Of a stretch of DNA of 64,000 bases, positions 20,492-30,166 are shown one piece after another. Position 1 is the first letter of the stretch. Each line of letters starts with the position of its first letter. The notes beneath the pieces were generated by a model. The model did no database searches. It was not told the DNA's origin and saw only the letters and a program-made list of their open reading frames with translations. The stretch spans positions 130,553 to 194,552 of the forward strand of contig CAYJKV010000002.1 in the NCBI GenBank assembly GCA_964371255.1, given 5' to 3'. The position numbers were made by a program, and so were the translations under genes. This DNA comes from an uncultured Candidatus Saccharibacteria bacterium. Lineage in GTDB: Bacteria > Patescibacteriota > Andersenbacteria > UBA10190.

Positions 20492-21627
20492 CCCGCGTCC
20501 ATATCCTCGACCTTCCCCCTTCTCATTATGCCTTGCCTGTCCCGTCAGATTGGTACCCTCTTTATATTAATAGACAATATTTTAAAGACGCCGGCATCAC
20601 TTTCCGTTTTTTCACGAAGCCTGAACCAGCCCTCAATGACTGTGATTATATCTTTTTATCATCTCGCTTTTTTGTGCTGCAAACAAAATCTGACGATCAG
20701 CGTCAAGCACAGTTTTCGTTTATAAATTCCCTACGCCATTCTACTACTCGAGTTTATTGGTTCGATTTCCGTGATAGTACCGGCAATACACAATTTGAAG
20801 TCTTACCATATGTTGATCTTTATTTGAAAAAGCAACTGCTGCGGGATTTTTCCCTCTACACCAGCCAGCTCTATGGTAACCGGGTCTACACGGACTATTT
20901 ACATCGCGTCCGCGGTGTTAATGATGACTATACGGAACCTTTTACGCCCCTTCTCCCTCAATTCCATACCAAACTAAAAATTTCCTGGAATCCTGGACTG
21001 CTCGATTTTCGTGGCGGCCTGCGCCGCCGGTTGATTATGCAGCTGCTGACTGATCGGCTCGAAGCCGCTACGCATCTTTCCCATCATATCACTTGGCAAG
21101 ACCCCACTTCTTATCGACCATATAATATGCTCGCACGTTTCAACACCGCTTATCAGCGTCAGACTGTGTCCTGGCAACGTCGTCAGGCTCTTTACATACT
21201 CGCACCACTGCTTGATTCAAAAATTGTTTCTCGCTCTAACCTGACTTTGGCTGAGGAGTTAACCTCCCGCCGCCGAGCCAAAATAGTGCTTAGCCTATTT
21301 GGCTGGGGTGAAATCTGTTCTCGTGATTTTCAAGCCTGGATTGCCGGTGCCGCCTTGCTCGCTCCTGACACCTCACACCTCTTAACCTATCCGGTGACTC
21401 ACATCCCCCACCAAACATACTGGCCAATCAAATGGGATTTATCCGACTTGCTTGATGCTTATCGTCGCTTGCTGGATGATCCCGACTTGCGTTTGCGTTT
21501 AGCCGCCAATGGCCAGGCACGCTACCGATCAGTCTGGTCTGTTGCCGGCCGTCAACGCTTCGTGCACCATATTACAAGTCTTCTGCATGCCAGTCCGACC
21601 GACCGCCCCTCATCAACGCTTTTCTGA
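20488..21627 (+). CDS. Putative GT-B glycosyltransferase (CgeB/exostosin-like C-terminus)
   Basis: DSTG, YLKKQLL, SLFGWGEICSRDFQAWIAGA, LAANGQ. Confidence 0.7.
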   Translation: MTRVHILDLPPSHYALPVPSDWYPLYINRQYFKDAGITFRFFTKPEPALNDCDYIFLSSRFFVLQTKSDDQRQAQFSFINSLRHSTTRVYWFDFRDSTGNTQFEVLPYVDLYLKKQLLRDFSLYTSQLYGNRVYTDYLHRVRGVNDDYTEPFTPLLPQFHTKLKISWNPGLLDFRGGLRRRLIMQLLTDRLEAATHLSHHITWQDPTSYRPYNMLARFNTAYQRQTVSWQRRQALYILAPLLDSKIVSRSNLTLAEELTSRRRAKIVLSLFGWGEICSRDFQAWIAGAALLAPDTSHLLTYPVTHIPHQTYWPIKWDLSDLLDAYRRLLDDPDLRLRLAANGQARYRSVWSVAGRQRFVHHITSLLHASPTDRPSSTLF

Positions 21628-21707
21628 TCACACCTTACTCGCTAGTTAAACATTAATTAGGCAAACTCACTGTCCATGCTTTAAGATTATGGCATTGACT
21701 CTATTTT

Positions 21708-22484
21708 ATGGCCTCATTGATTTCTCGGGTGGGACAATTATTACCAGAAGGTAATTGGAAAAACAATCTTCGCTTGTTTGGTTTTAAGTACCTCTTCTCC
21801 ACCCTTGGTACAAAAAAAGTCAGCCTTGGTACTTATCACGACCAGGTCCCGGCGCGGATCGGTCGTCTTATCTTCACCCACGAAAGTCTCGGTACTCGCG
21901 AGAACGAAGGTTACTTACAACATTATCAACTGCACCCCGGCCACATTGTCATTAATGCCGGGTCTTATCACGGCTACTTTGCGATTTACGCCGCCAACAA
22001 AGTAGGTCCCTCAGGCCATATTGTCTGTTTTGAACCAGAACCTAATAATCGTCGCCTATTATTGCGTAATCTTGCCTTAAATAACTTATCCAATGTGACC
22101 GTTGTCCCCTGCGGCCTGTGGCATACCAACATGCGTTTACCGCTTATTTCCATGGGCTCGGGTAGCCACTTGCATTCGAACACTGCCTGGAATAAGCAGA
22201 CTATTCCAGTTTGCACCCTAGACGCAGCCCTGGCCAAACTGCGGCTGCCAGCTGTCAACTTGCTGACCATGGACATCGAGGGAGCAGAGATTGAAGCGTT
22301 GCAGGGCGCTCGCCAAACTATTACCGCCAATCCTGGCATTAATATCGCTATTGCTTCTTATCATCGTGTTGACGGTATACCAACTTCAGCGCGCGTTGAG
22401 TCGTTGCTCCGCCAGTACGGTCTAACTGCCCAAACTGCTTATCCCCCGCATCCGACAACTTATGGCTGGTACGATCACACCTAA
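21708..22484 (+). CDS. FkbM family methyltransferase
   Basis: NAGSYHG, FEPEP.N, MDIEGAE, ASYH. Confidence 0.88.
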   Translation: MASLISRVGQLLPEGNWKNNLRLFGFKYLFSTLGTKKVSLGTYHDQVPARIGRLIFTHESLGTRENEGYLQHYQLHPGHIVINAGSYHGYFAIYAANKVGPSGHIVCFEPEPNNRRLLLRNLALNNLSNVTVVPCGLWHTNMRLPLISMGSGSHLHSNTAWNKQTIPVCTLDAALAKLRLPAVNLLTMDIEGAEIEALQGARQTITANPGINIAIASYHRVDGIPTSARVESLLRQYGLTAQTAYPPHPTTYGWYDHT

Positions 22485-23415
22485 CACTACTCAACAATTC
22501 TTTCGCGTCCTGCGTCACGAACCGCCCTGGTTCATTTTTATCCTCGTCAAAAACACCTTTCTTTGGTTTTATGCTAAATATTTTCACCGACAACGCTTCA
22601 TGCAAAGGAAAATTCATGATTATCAAATGCTTTTTGATCTGTCAGATCCCGGCATATCACGCTCCCTGATCCTGGTCGGTGATCGTGAACGTGAACATCG
22701 TTTCATTCTTCAGCAAGCTATCCAGCCCGGTCATCAAGTTTTGGACCTGGGTGCTAATATTGGTTACTACGTCCTGATGGCACACAAACTTATGCATCTG
22801 TCCGGACATGTTATAGCTATTGAGCCAGAACCAAACAACTACTCCTTACTGCAACGCAATATCGCCATCAATCAATTGTCGCATATCACCACCGTCATCA
22901 ATGCCGCGGTCAGTGACCTGGACGGTACCGCTCAGCTCTTTTTATCACGCCTTGGTAACGTTCATAGTTTAAAACAAAAGCAAACCAGCCACTACACGGG
23001 CCGCTCCATTGCCGTACCAACCATCTCCCTGTCTACTATCGCCTCGCGTTACCCGGACGTTAATCTCATTCGCATGGATATTGAAGGCTACGAACAAGAA
23101 ATATTGCGTTCGCTAATTAAAATTAATGCTCACCAGCAATGGTTACCCAAAGTCTTGTTTGAATTGCATCCCCCCAAATACGATCCATCCGCCTTTGACC
23201 AGCTGTTGCGTGACCTGTATGCCATTGGCTATTCCGCCTCTTATCTGGCCACCTCGGCTCCGGACTTACTGGCCAGTGAGGGTTTGCGGTCAATTGCCTG
23301 CCTGCCGACCGACGGCACCATTCGGTACATAACCACGCGCGTGCCTCTCGCATCATTACTTAAACTTTACCCGCGCAGCCGCGCCCTTCTGCTGGAGCAT
23401 GATCATCAGGGTTGA
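22462..23415 (+). CDS. FkbM family methyltransferase
   Basis: LDLGANIGYY, IEPEPNN, RMDIEGYE, FELHP. Confidence 0.9.
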   Translation: MAGTITPNTTQQFFRVLRHEPPWFIFILVKNTFLWFYAKYFHRQRFMQRKIHDYQMLFDLSDPGISRSLILVGDREREHRFILQQAIQPGHQVLDLGANIGYYVLMAHKLMHLSGHVIAIEPEPNNYSLLQRNIAINQLSHITTVINAAVSDLDGTAQLFLSRLGNVHSLKQKQTSHYTGRSIAVPTISLSTIASRYPDVNLIRMDIEGYEQEILRSLIKINAHQQWLPKVLFELHPPKYDPSAFDQLLRDLYAIGYSASYLATSAPDLLASEGLRSIACLPTDGTIRYITTRVPLASLLKLYPRSRALLLEHDHQG

Positions 23416-23461
23416 ACCGTTCTTCGGGCGATTTTCCGCTGCTTTTCTTTACTTGCCCATT

Positions 23462-24832
23462 ATGCCTTCATTTTCCACCAGACAAATATTCTGGCTATTA
23501 ATGATCATTTTTGGCATTTCACGCGCCTTGCTTTTTTCCCTAGAGTCAGATAAGTACTTGCAAAAATTTCCTTTTCAGGACGATGCCCCGGCTTATCTCA
23601 ACATTGCCCGTGTTTACCTTGGCACTGGATCATTCGAGCAGTATAACCTCACCCCATATACTAGGACCCCCCTTTATCCCTTGTTTCTGACCATGTTCTT
23701 AATTCACCCGACCACTGCCTTACCAGCGGTTCTTTTCAGCCAGCAGCTGATTAGCGCCTTAACCATTGCCCTGGTCTTCTGGTTTCTGATCAAACACCAC
23801 TCTCGCTCGGCCGCTATTGTGACTACGTTGCTGCTAATTTTTTTCTTTGACTTTTGTCTTTATGGTTTTTTAATTCGCAACGAAATCATATTTTCAGCCT
23901 GGCTACTCCTTGGCACGCTCTGTTATTTACAGCTTTGGTCGTCTGCTCATTTATACTGGCCCCTGCTGGCGGGTCTGAGCTTTGGCTTAAGCGTCTTGAC
24001 CAGACCAATCTCTTTTTTAATATTTCTGCCTCTTTTGTTACCGCTTGTCCTGTCCGTCGCTGCCGCTCATTTTACTTTCAAACGCGCCCTTATCATATCT
24101 GCCCTGTTTCTGCTTGCTTTTTTTATACCAGTGACTCCTTGGTTAACCTACAATTATTTCCTGACACAATCGTTTGTCCTTCAGCTTGAATCCAGCATAG
24201 TGCATGCTACTTTTCCTGGCGGCCACTACCAGGCATATAATGTGGCAGATTACATTGACACCGCCGGTAAATCACCCTTGGCCATCGACCAGTCATTGTT
24301 TTCTCTAGCCTTACACCGTATTAAAGCACAGCCAAAAATTTGGCTGGCCAACTCCTGGCAAAATTTTACCTGGCGGCTTTGGTCTCTCGGCTTTACCGAT
24401 ACTCATTTACGTTATTTCGGTTATTTGCCTGCGGATGGCGGTTATCACCATGGCATCACTCCCCTGTGGCAGCGCTGGCTGTCTTCCATCAATCTTTTTT
24501 CCAGATCAATTACAATTAATCCCCTTTATCATTTCTATTTTATTCTCAATAATCTGCTCGGTTTTTCCTTGCTTGCTTTATCTTTATTGTCCTTAATCAT
24601 TTTTCCCTTCTTTCCATTTCGCAGTCAAATTATTTATCTGGTCATTTTTTACTTTTGGCTTCTCTTGTCTTTCTTTCAATTTAGCGGATCCCGCCTCATC
24701 CTGCCGGTCATACCGTTATTCTTTATGATCCTGCCGGATTTTCCCGCTGCTTTGCTGCGTTTTATTCATCGCCCGCCACAGCCGCCACATAATCATGCCA
24801 GACTCCATGATAAGCCCGAGATGAAAATTTGA
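23462..24832 (+). CDS. ArnT/PMT-like GT-C membrane glycosyltransferase, paralog of 16898..18253
   Basis: QDDAPAY, RTPLYP, LTRP, PGGH, RLWS.GF.DT.LRY, YFILNN.LG, FSGSR; ATG at 23462 aligns with the paralog's start. Confidence 0.8.
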   Translation: MPSFSTRQIFWLLMIIFGISRALLFSLESDKYLQKFPFQDDAPAYLNIARVYLGTGSFEQYNLTPYTRTPLYPLFLTMFLIHPTTALPAVLFSQQLISALTIALVFWFLIKHHSRSAAIVTTLLLIFFFDFCLYGFLIRNEIIFSAWLLLGTLCYLQLWSSAHLYWPLLAGLSFGLSVLTRPISFLIFLPLLLPLVLSVAAAHFTFKRALIISALFLLAFFIPVTPWLTYNYFLTQSFVLQLESSIVHATFPGGHYQAYNVADYIDTAGKSPLAIDQSLFSLALHRIKAQPKIWLANSWQNFTWRLWSLGFTDTHLRYFGYLPADGGYHHGITPLWQRWLSSINLFSRSITINPLYHFYFILNNLLGFSLLALSLLSLIIFPFFPFRSQIIYLVIFYFWLLLSFFQFSGSRLILPVIPLFFMILPDFPAALLRFIHRPPQPPHNHARLHDKPEMKI

Positions 24833-25465
24833 TTGGCCGCGTTGCCTATTTAAAAAAGTTGTTGGCACCTCAGCTATTCTTCCTGCCAATCTAACTACTT
24901 GGTATAATTCCTGGCTTAACATTATATATCCATCCGCGTCCAATTCGCTTAAATTCAATTGCTCAATTAGTTTTCGTCTAAAAACACGGTACCCGTTCGT
25001 ATAGTCGCTCACCCCCGCCTTTAACACCAGCTTGGCCGACAAATTAGCCACCCGGCTGAAGACATGTCTGTACCAAGGCCAGCCAATAATCTTGCTCGTT
25101 TTTAGATAGCGTGAACCAATTACTAAATCAGCCTCGGTGGTTTTATTTAACAATTTTGGCAATTCCTTGGGGTCATGGGATCCGTCCGCGTCGGCCACGG
25201 CGATTAAATCGGCATCAGAATTCTCAATGACCCATTCGTAGCCTTTTTTCACTGCCCCACCCCTACCCCGCTTCCCGCATTTGATCAAAGCAACAGTCGA
25301 GTCATTCTGATAGTTTTTTCTTACCAACTCATCAGTTCCATCAGCTGAGCTGTCGGCAATGACAATCTCTATACCTTCCGCCGCCTTCTTAAAGGCTTCA
25401 ATTATATCTAATATATTTTTCTTTTCGTTTAAGGTCGGAATTATAATCGCAACGCTTTTTGTCAT
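24716..25465 (-). CDS. GT2 polyprenol-phosphate mannose synthase-like (Ppm1/DPM1)
   Basis: IIPTLNE, DSSADGT, ADADGSHDP, IGSRY, DYTNGYR, F.NR..G.S. Confidence 0.9.
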   Translation of the reverse strand: MTKSVAIIIPTLNEKKNILDIIEAFKKAAEGIEIVIADSSADGTDELVRKNYQNDSTVALIKCGKRGRGGAVKKGYEWVIENSDADLIAVADADGSHDPKELPKLLNKTTEADLVIGSRYLKTSKIIGWPWYRHVFSRVANLSAKLVLKAGVSDYTNGYRVFRRKLIEQLNLSELDADGYIMLSQELYQVVRLAGRIAEVPTTFLNRQRGQSNFHLGLIMESGMIMWRLWRAMNKTQQSSGKIRQDHKE

Positions 25466-25621
25466 ATCGAATTTTTATTACTACATCAGCGCCTCCTCCA
25501 CCTGTTCGGATTGTTGATGCAAGTTTTCTCGTTAAATCCCTGTACGCCTGATTACCTCAATTATTGCTATCGTTAATTACCGCCGCCACACATCCGTTCG
25601 TCACTCTCGCTGTCATATTTC

Positions 25622-26578
25622 TTACACTCTTTGCTTTACCCCGGCCACCTTCTGCACGTTAGCCACATACCACTCATGTGTCTCTTCCAACCCCCGTTGC
25701 AAAGTATATTCATGCTGATAACCCAGCTCCCTTAGTCTCGATACATCCAATCGGCGCAGGGGCATCCCATCAGGCTTAGTGCTGTCGAGAACAATATCTC
25801 CTGTATATCCCACCACCGTCTTGATTATCTTCACCAAATCCAAAATATTAATGTCTTCTCCTGTTCCGACATTAATAATTTCCGGACTGTCATACTTTTC
25901 CATCAGTAATAACAAAGCCCGCGCTAAATCATCCACAAACATAAATTCGCGCCTCGGTTTGCCTGAACCCCAAACTTTTACAAACGGCTGATTCGTGTCT
26001 CTCGCCACCACCAGCTTGTGTAATAACGCCGGCAAAACATGGGCGTAATTATTGTTAAAAGTATCACCGGGACCATATAAATTGGTCGGCATAGCTGAAA
26101 TAAAGTTATCCCCGTACTGGCGATGATAAGCTTGGCAAAGCTTGATCGCGGCAATTTTTGCAATGGCATATGCTTCGTTCGTTGGCTCCAGCTTGCCTGT
26201 CATAAAATACTCTTCTTTTATCGGCTGCTGGCTTTCTTTGGGATAAATGCAGGCGCTGCCTAAGTTCAATAACTTTTCTACTTTATATTCATGAGCGGCA
26301 TGGATAATATTCGTCGCGATTTGCAAATTTTGGTACAAGAAATCAACCGGGTGCGTATCATTATCCAGTATTCCGCCTACTCTGGCCGCAGCGATAATTA
26401 CAAATCGCGGCTTCTGCTGCGCAAACCACTCGTCCACCTCTGTTCTATCCGTTAAATCAAGTTTTTCCCTTGTTTGATACAGCAGATTAGTATATCCCTT
26501 CTGTCTCAGCAATCTAACAACCGCTGATCCCACTAGTCCGGTATGTCCCGCTATATATATTTTATCATCTGCTTTCAT
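25622..26578 (-). CDS. fcl: GDP-L-fucose synthase (epimerase/reductase)
   Basis: AGHTGLVGSA, AAARVGGI, GSACIYP, LEPTNEAYAIAK, MPTNLYGP, WGSGKPRREF. Confidence 0.93.
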   Translation of the reverse strand: MKADDKIYIAGHTGLVGSAVVRLLRQKGYTNLLYQTREKLDLTDRTEVDEWFAQQKPRFVIIAAARVGGILDNDTHPVDFLYQNLQIATNIIHAAHEYKVEKLLNLGSACIYPKESQQPIKEEYFMTGKLEPTNEAYAIAKIAAIKLCQAYHRQYGDNFISAMPTNLYGPGDTFNNNYAHVLPALLHKLVVARDTNQPFVKVWGSGKPRREFMFVDDLARALLLLMEKYDSPEIINVGTGEDINILDLVKIIKTVVGYTGDIVLDSTKPDGMPLRRLDVSRLRELGYQHEYTLQRGLEETHEWYVANVQKVAGVKQRV

Positions 26579-26592
26579 TTTATCGTACGCTC

Positions 26593-26621
26593 AGTATATT
26601 AATTCACTGTGTAATAAGCAA
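26593..26621 (-). promoter_or_regulatory. Putative sigma70 promoter of fcl (short leader)
   Basis: TTGCTT-N17-TATACT, 14 nt before ATG 26578. Confidence 0.55.
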
Positions 26622-26651
26622 CGTTCCTGTCCGCTCAATAACCTCATCATC

Positions 26652-27644
26652 TCAATTGCTCATCATTGCCGTCTTTACAATTCTTCGCCAAATATTCGGT
26701 TTATACCATTTTTGAATTAGTGCTTCCCAGCGCTGATAAAACTCCATGTTCCTCTTCACCCGACCTAGCACCACATTATAATCAGGTTCATTAACTTTGT
26801 TATCAACCAACTCATCCTTCTGTGCTAAAACCCTTATTCTGGGAAAAGTTAGTCTGGCAATGTCCTTTTCGTCTAAATCTTTTGCATCCAGCAGCCTATC
26901 CTCATAGCCCACTATGCGAAAACCGGATCTCAACAATAGATACTGGATAGACTCCCGGCTAAACATATACGGATGTGTTATTTCCACCATCTTGTCGATC
27001 GGCCTATTCAATAATGCACTCACCGCATCGTATAAGCTTATAAACAAATATCCATCGTTATCCAATAAAGTTCTTATTTTTTCAAGATTAGCTCTCGGAT
27101 CCAAGGTGTGGTTTAGAGCCTGCGCAAAAATTACCAGCCCAAATTTCTTTTCACTCTGAAAGTTTTCTATGATGCCGGTTGTCACCTTGGCTCCCACTCT
27201 ATTTCGCGCGTAGGCTGCCACCTTTATGACTGGCTCGATTCCCTCCACTACAGTCTGACCATTGAAATCAAGCCAACCCGCCATCGTCCCACCGTACAGA
27301 CACCCGACATCAAGCATCGATTCAATATTTTGCGCATCGGCATATCTTTGGATGAAAGGCAGCGTAACCTTCATCATGTGATCTCGTTGCCTTTTGAACA
27401 TTCTATTATCCGGTCCGTCATGACCGACCGCCGCCAAACGATAATCCGCCATATTAAGCTTCTCATAGACCCGCTTAACTGGCCTTGGATTTATATATAT
27501 CAGGCCGCATGTTCGACACATCACCGACCGTAACGGCAAGTTGTATCTCTCCTTCTTTGCTAACACCTCATAATCATCACTACCACACGCACTGCAGACA
27601 ACATCTTCCAGCTCTTGCACATACTTAGTTAAGTCAACAGACAT
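26652..27644 (-). CDS. Class I SAM methyltransferase with N-terminal zinc ribbon
   Basis: CSACG...CRTCGL.Y.NPRP, LDVGC..G, LNH..DP. Confidence 0.85.
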   Translation of the reverse strand: MSVDLTKYVQELEDVVCSACGSDDYEVLAKKERYNLPLRSVMCRTCGLIYINPRPVKRVYEKLNMADYRLAAVGHDGPDNRMFKRQRDHMMKVTLPFIQRYADAQNIESMLDVGCLYGGTMAGWLDFNGQTVVEGIEPVIKVAAYARNRVGAKVTTGIIENFQSEKKFGLVIFAQALNHTLDPRANLEKIRTLLDNDGYLFISLYDAVSALLNRPIDKMVEITHPYMFSRESIQYLLLRSGFRIVGYEDRLLDAKDLDEKDIARLTFPRIRVLAQKDELVDNKVNEPDYNVVLGRVKRNMEFYQRWEALIQKWYKPNIWRRIVKTAMMSN

Positions 27645-27650
27645 ATCAAT

Positions 27651-27679
27651 AGTTTATTGAACTTGTATAAAACCAGCAA
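27651..27679 (-). promoter_or_regulatory. Putative sigma70 promoter, leaderless geometry
   Basis: TTGCTG-N17-TAAACT-N6-ATG(27644). Confidence 0.55.
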
Positions 27680-27701
27680 TCACCTTTATGGTATTGTCTG
27701 C

Positions 27702-27729
27702 TTGCCTATCCACTCTAAACCACTAAAAT
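27702..27729 (+). promoter_or_regulatory. Putative sigma70 promoter
   Basis: TTGCCT-N16-TAAAAT, 11 nt before ATG 27741. Confidence 0.45.
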
Positions 27730-27740
27730 TAGCATATCTC

Positions 27741-28832
27741 ATGACAGTCAAAAAACTTTTATTTATTCCTTCACAGCGTCTGCTCTGGCGGACTTCCACC
27801 GCCTTGAAATGCTGGTTACTTGGCCACGAACTGCCTCACCATGCCGAAATCCAGTATGCTGGAGACCTCTCGGCCGTACTGGGCCATGATAACGTTTTCG
27901 TCCTAGGCCGCTACTATCCGCATGTATTTTCAAGTACCGTGCCAGCACAATGTTCATATCCTTCCTGTCACGGCGCTCCCCGGCCTACCTTTATCAGCCA
28001 ACATCAGCTCAAGCGCACTGTCTCCCAAGTTGATGCTGTTCTTATATCATCATTGGCTGGTCAGGACACCATCAAGGGGATAATAGCGCTTGCCCGCTCC
28101 AGAGACATACCCATAGCCATTCTGGACATGCCCGATTACGACACGTTGTATGGAGCTAAAGACCTGTCAGAACGTCTCACGCTTGGTTACCAATTTGGAC
28201 GGGATTTTGATCTCTATTTCAAAAAAGATCTGCCCATCGGCCACCGGACAAAATATATACTCCCATTTTCACCCATACCTGTCCGCCCGCAGTCATACTC
28301 TTTCACTAATCTGCCCAAACGGCACTCAATATTCTATAGCGGGCGTAAAAGAGAAGACCAATCCTCACCCGAAAGAGCACAAATTGTTAACTTGGTTGCA
28401 AAGCAAATACCCAACGCTAATGTTGTTACCCACGACGCCCGGCATACATTTTCATCAACTCGCCAATATTGGGACAATCTAGCTTCAGCCTACATCGCAC
28501 TCTCTCCCTCCGGCCGCTGCTGGGATTCCTTTCGTCATTGCGAAGTCGGTCTGGCACCCGCCACTGCCATCATACTGCCTCAGCCATTTATTGAGACAGC
28601 CGGCCCCAGTCTTATCGACGGAAAGAACTGCCTGCTGTACGACGTCACCTTACAATCCGGCCGATATTACCTGGCCAATCCACCGGCAGTGATTTCTAAA
28701 TTAAAATATTATCTCCAGCACCTCGATCAGCTATCCAGTATCGCTCAGCAGTGGAACCACGATGTCTTATCAGGACATACCATCTTATCTCGCAGCCATT
28801 ATATTATTGATTCGATGCAAAGCATCTTTTAA
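27741..28832 (+). CDS. Putative GT-B glycosyltransferase (CgeB/exostosin-like C-terminus)
   Basis: YFKKD, ALSPSGRCWDSFRHCE, DGKNC; ATG at 27741 preferred. Confidence 0.65.
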   Translation: MTVKKLLFIPSQRLLWRTSTALKCWLLGHELPHHAEIQYAGDLSAVLGHDNVFVLGRYYPHVFSSTVPAQCSYPSCHGAPRPTFISQHQLKRTVSQVDAVLISSLAGQDTIKGIIALARSRDIPIAILDMPDYDTLYGAKDLSERLTLGYQFGRDFDLYFKKDLPIGHRTKYILPFSPIPVRPQSYSFTNLPKRHSIFYSGRKREDQSSPERAQIVNLVAKQIPNANVVTHDARHTFSSTRQYWDNLASAYIALSPSGRCWDSFRHCEVGLAPATAIILPQPFIETAGPSLIDGKNCLLYDVTLQSGRYYLANPPAVISKLKYYLQHLDQLSSIAQQWNHDVLSGHTILSRSHYIIDSMQSIF

Positions 28833-28866
28833 ATACTTCCCGTCGCGAAAGTAAAAATATTTGTCT

Positions 28867-30096
28867 TCATACGACTGCCATTCTTTTCCAGTCAATCTTC
28901 AGTGTCATTAACGCAATCATTGTCCATATCAGAGGCACTAACGCAAACACAATTGCAAATCCCATAATTTGCCAGACACTGCCTAAGATCACAATAAACA
29001 ACATCTTCAGCGCTGGACTCAACAGCTCGTTCACCATTACCGCTTTTCGCTTACTCTGCAGAAAAGAAAAGTTCACCAGCAGCTGTGAGAGCGGCAAAAA
29101 CAATAACCCTGTCGAAGCCACCATCGCCATCGGCAAGGCTGATCTGTATTGCTCGCCAAACAATGGAATTAGTAAAAACCACACCATACAAGCCGTCACC
29201 GCCGTAGCGATCACCCCGATCATTAATGCAGTTAATAAATCACGCCATCCCAAAAAGTCCCGATGGCTTAATTTTGGCAGAGCCATAGTGAAGATGCTTT
29301 TAAAACTCAGCATTACCGCGTTAGGCATAATTACCGCCACTGCGTATATTGCTAAAACCGACGGGGAGAAAACAATTCCAGCCAGTACTTTATCTACGTT
29401 CCCTGCAATCTGCTTGAAGAATCCGGCTTTCGACAAGAAATAGCTATACTCTTTCCAGTCTGAGCTCACCTCATCGTTTCGCAGCACCGCAAAACTTTTT
29501 ACAAATGTTATGCCGTTTACGAATATATTTGTGCCTATATAAACTAACAATAACACTGCTACATTATCTCCGACGATCAATAACACTATGATCGTCACTA
29601 ATGCGGTTAATACTGATCTGGCCATGCTCGATATCGCATAATCAGTGAACAGCTCTTTACCTTTGTACATGAACTGCCAGCTCTGTACTACCAAATACCA
29701 TGGCACCAACAGCGCAACTGCTAAAAAAGCCCAGGCTAATGGAAATTCATTTCTGTAATAATAATACCAGGCGAATAGCGCCATGACTGGCACACCCAGC
29801 AGACTCCAATAAAAACGGGTTTTTACCGCCCGCGGATAAACACCGTCCCTATTCCTGGCTGCATCTCTCAAGATGACCGTATCAAAACCTCTGATAGAAA
29901 TTACTGCTACCATCGCCAAGACCGATAAAGCCAGTTGGAACTCGCCCAATGTCTCTTTAGCTGACAGGCGGGCAATCATTAGAGTTACCGCCACACCGGA
30001 GACTTGTTGTATCCCATCGCTCAATAAAAGCACGGGACCTCGTTTAATTACTTGTAATATGTCTAGACCAATTCGGGTGCTAATATTTTTGACCAT
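28867..30096 (-). CDS. wzx: Wzx-type oligosaccharide flippase
   Basis: About 12 TM segments; LGEFQLALS, VDKVL, LAIYAVA, LFGEQY. Confidence 0.85.
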   Translation of the reverse strand: MVKNISTRIGLDILQVIKRGPVLLLSDGIQQVSGVAVTLMIARLSAKETLGEFQLALSVLAMVAVISIRGFDTVILRDAARNRDGVYPRAVKTRFYWSLLGVPVMALFAWYYYYRNEFPLAWAFLAVALLVPWYLVVQSWQFMYKGKELFTDYAISSMARSVLTALVTIIVLLIVGDNVAVLLLVYIGTNIFVNGITFVKSFAVLRNDEVSSDWKEYSYFLSKAGFFKQIAGNVDKVLAGIVFSPSVLAIYAVAVIMPNAVMLSFKSIFTMALPKLSHRDFLGWRDLLTALMIGVIATAVTACMVWFLLIPLFGEQYRSALPMAMVASTGLLFLPLSQLLVNFSFLQSKRKAVMVNELLSPALKMLFIVILGSVWQIMGFAIVFALVPLIWTMIALMTLKIDWKRMAVV

Positions 30097-30103
30097 TACA
30101 TCA

Positions 30104-30112
30104 ATACTATCA
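30104..30112 (-). promoter_or_regulatory. Putative extended -10 promoter, leaderless geometry
   Basis: TG-A-TAGTAT-N7-ATG(30096). Confidence 0.45.
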
Positions 30113-30166
30113 CGCTACTTAATTATTGAGGCAGCCTACCCGTCGTTACCCTGGGTCTTGATGCGT

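Noticed and set aside
23430-24753. Short near-direct repeat GATTTTCC(C)GCTGCTTT at about 23430 and 24737 flanking a GT-C gene
   Set aside because: Only about 16 nt, imperfect, in C/T-rich sequence, with no mobile-element context; probably chance
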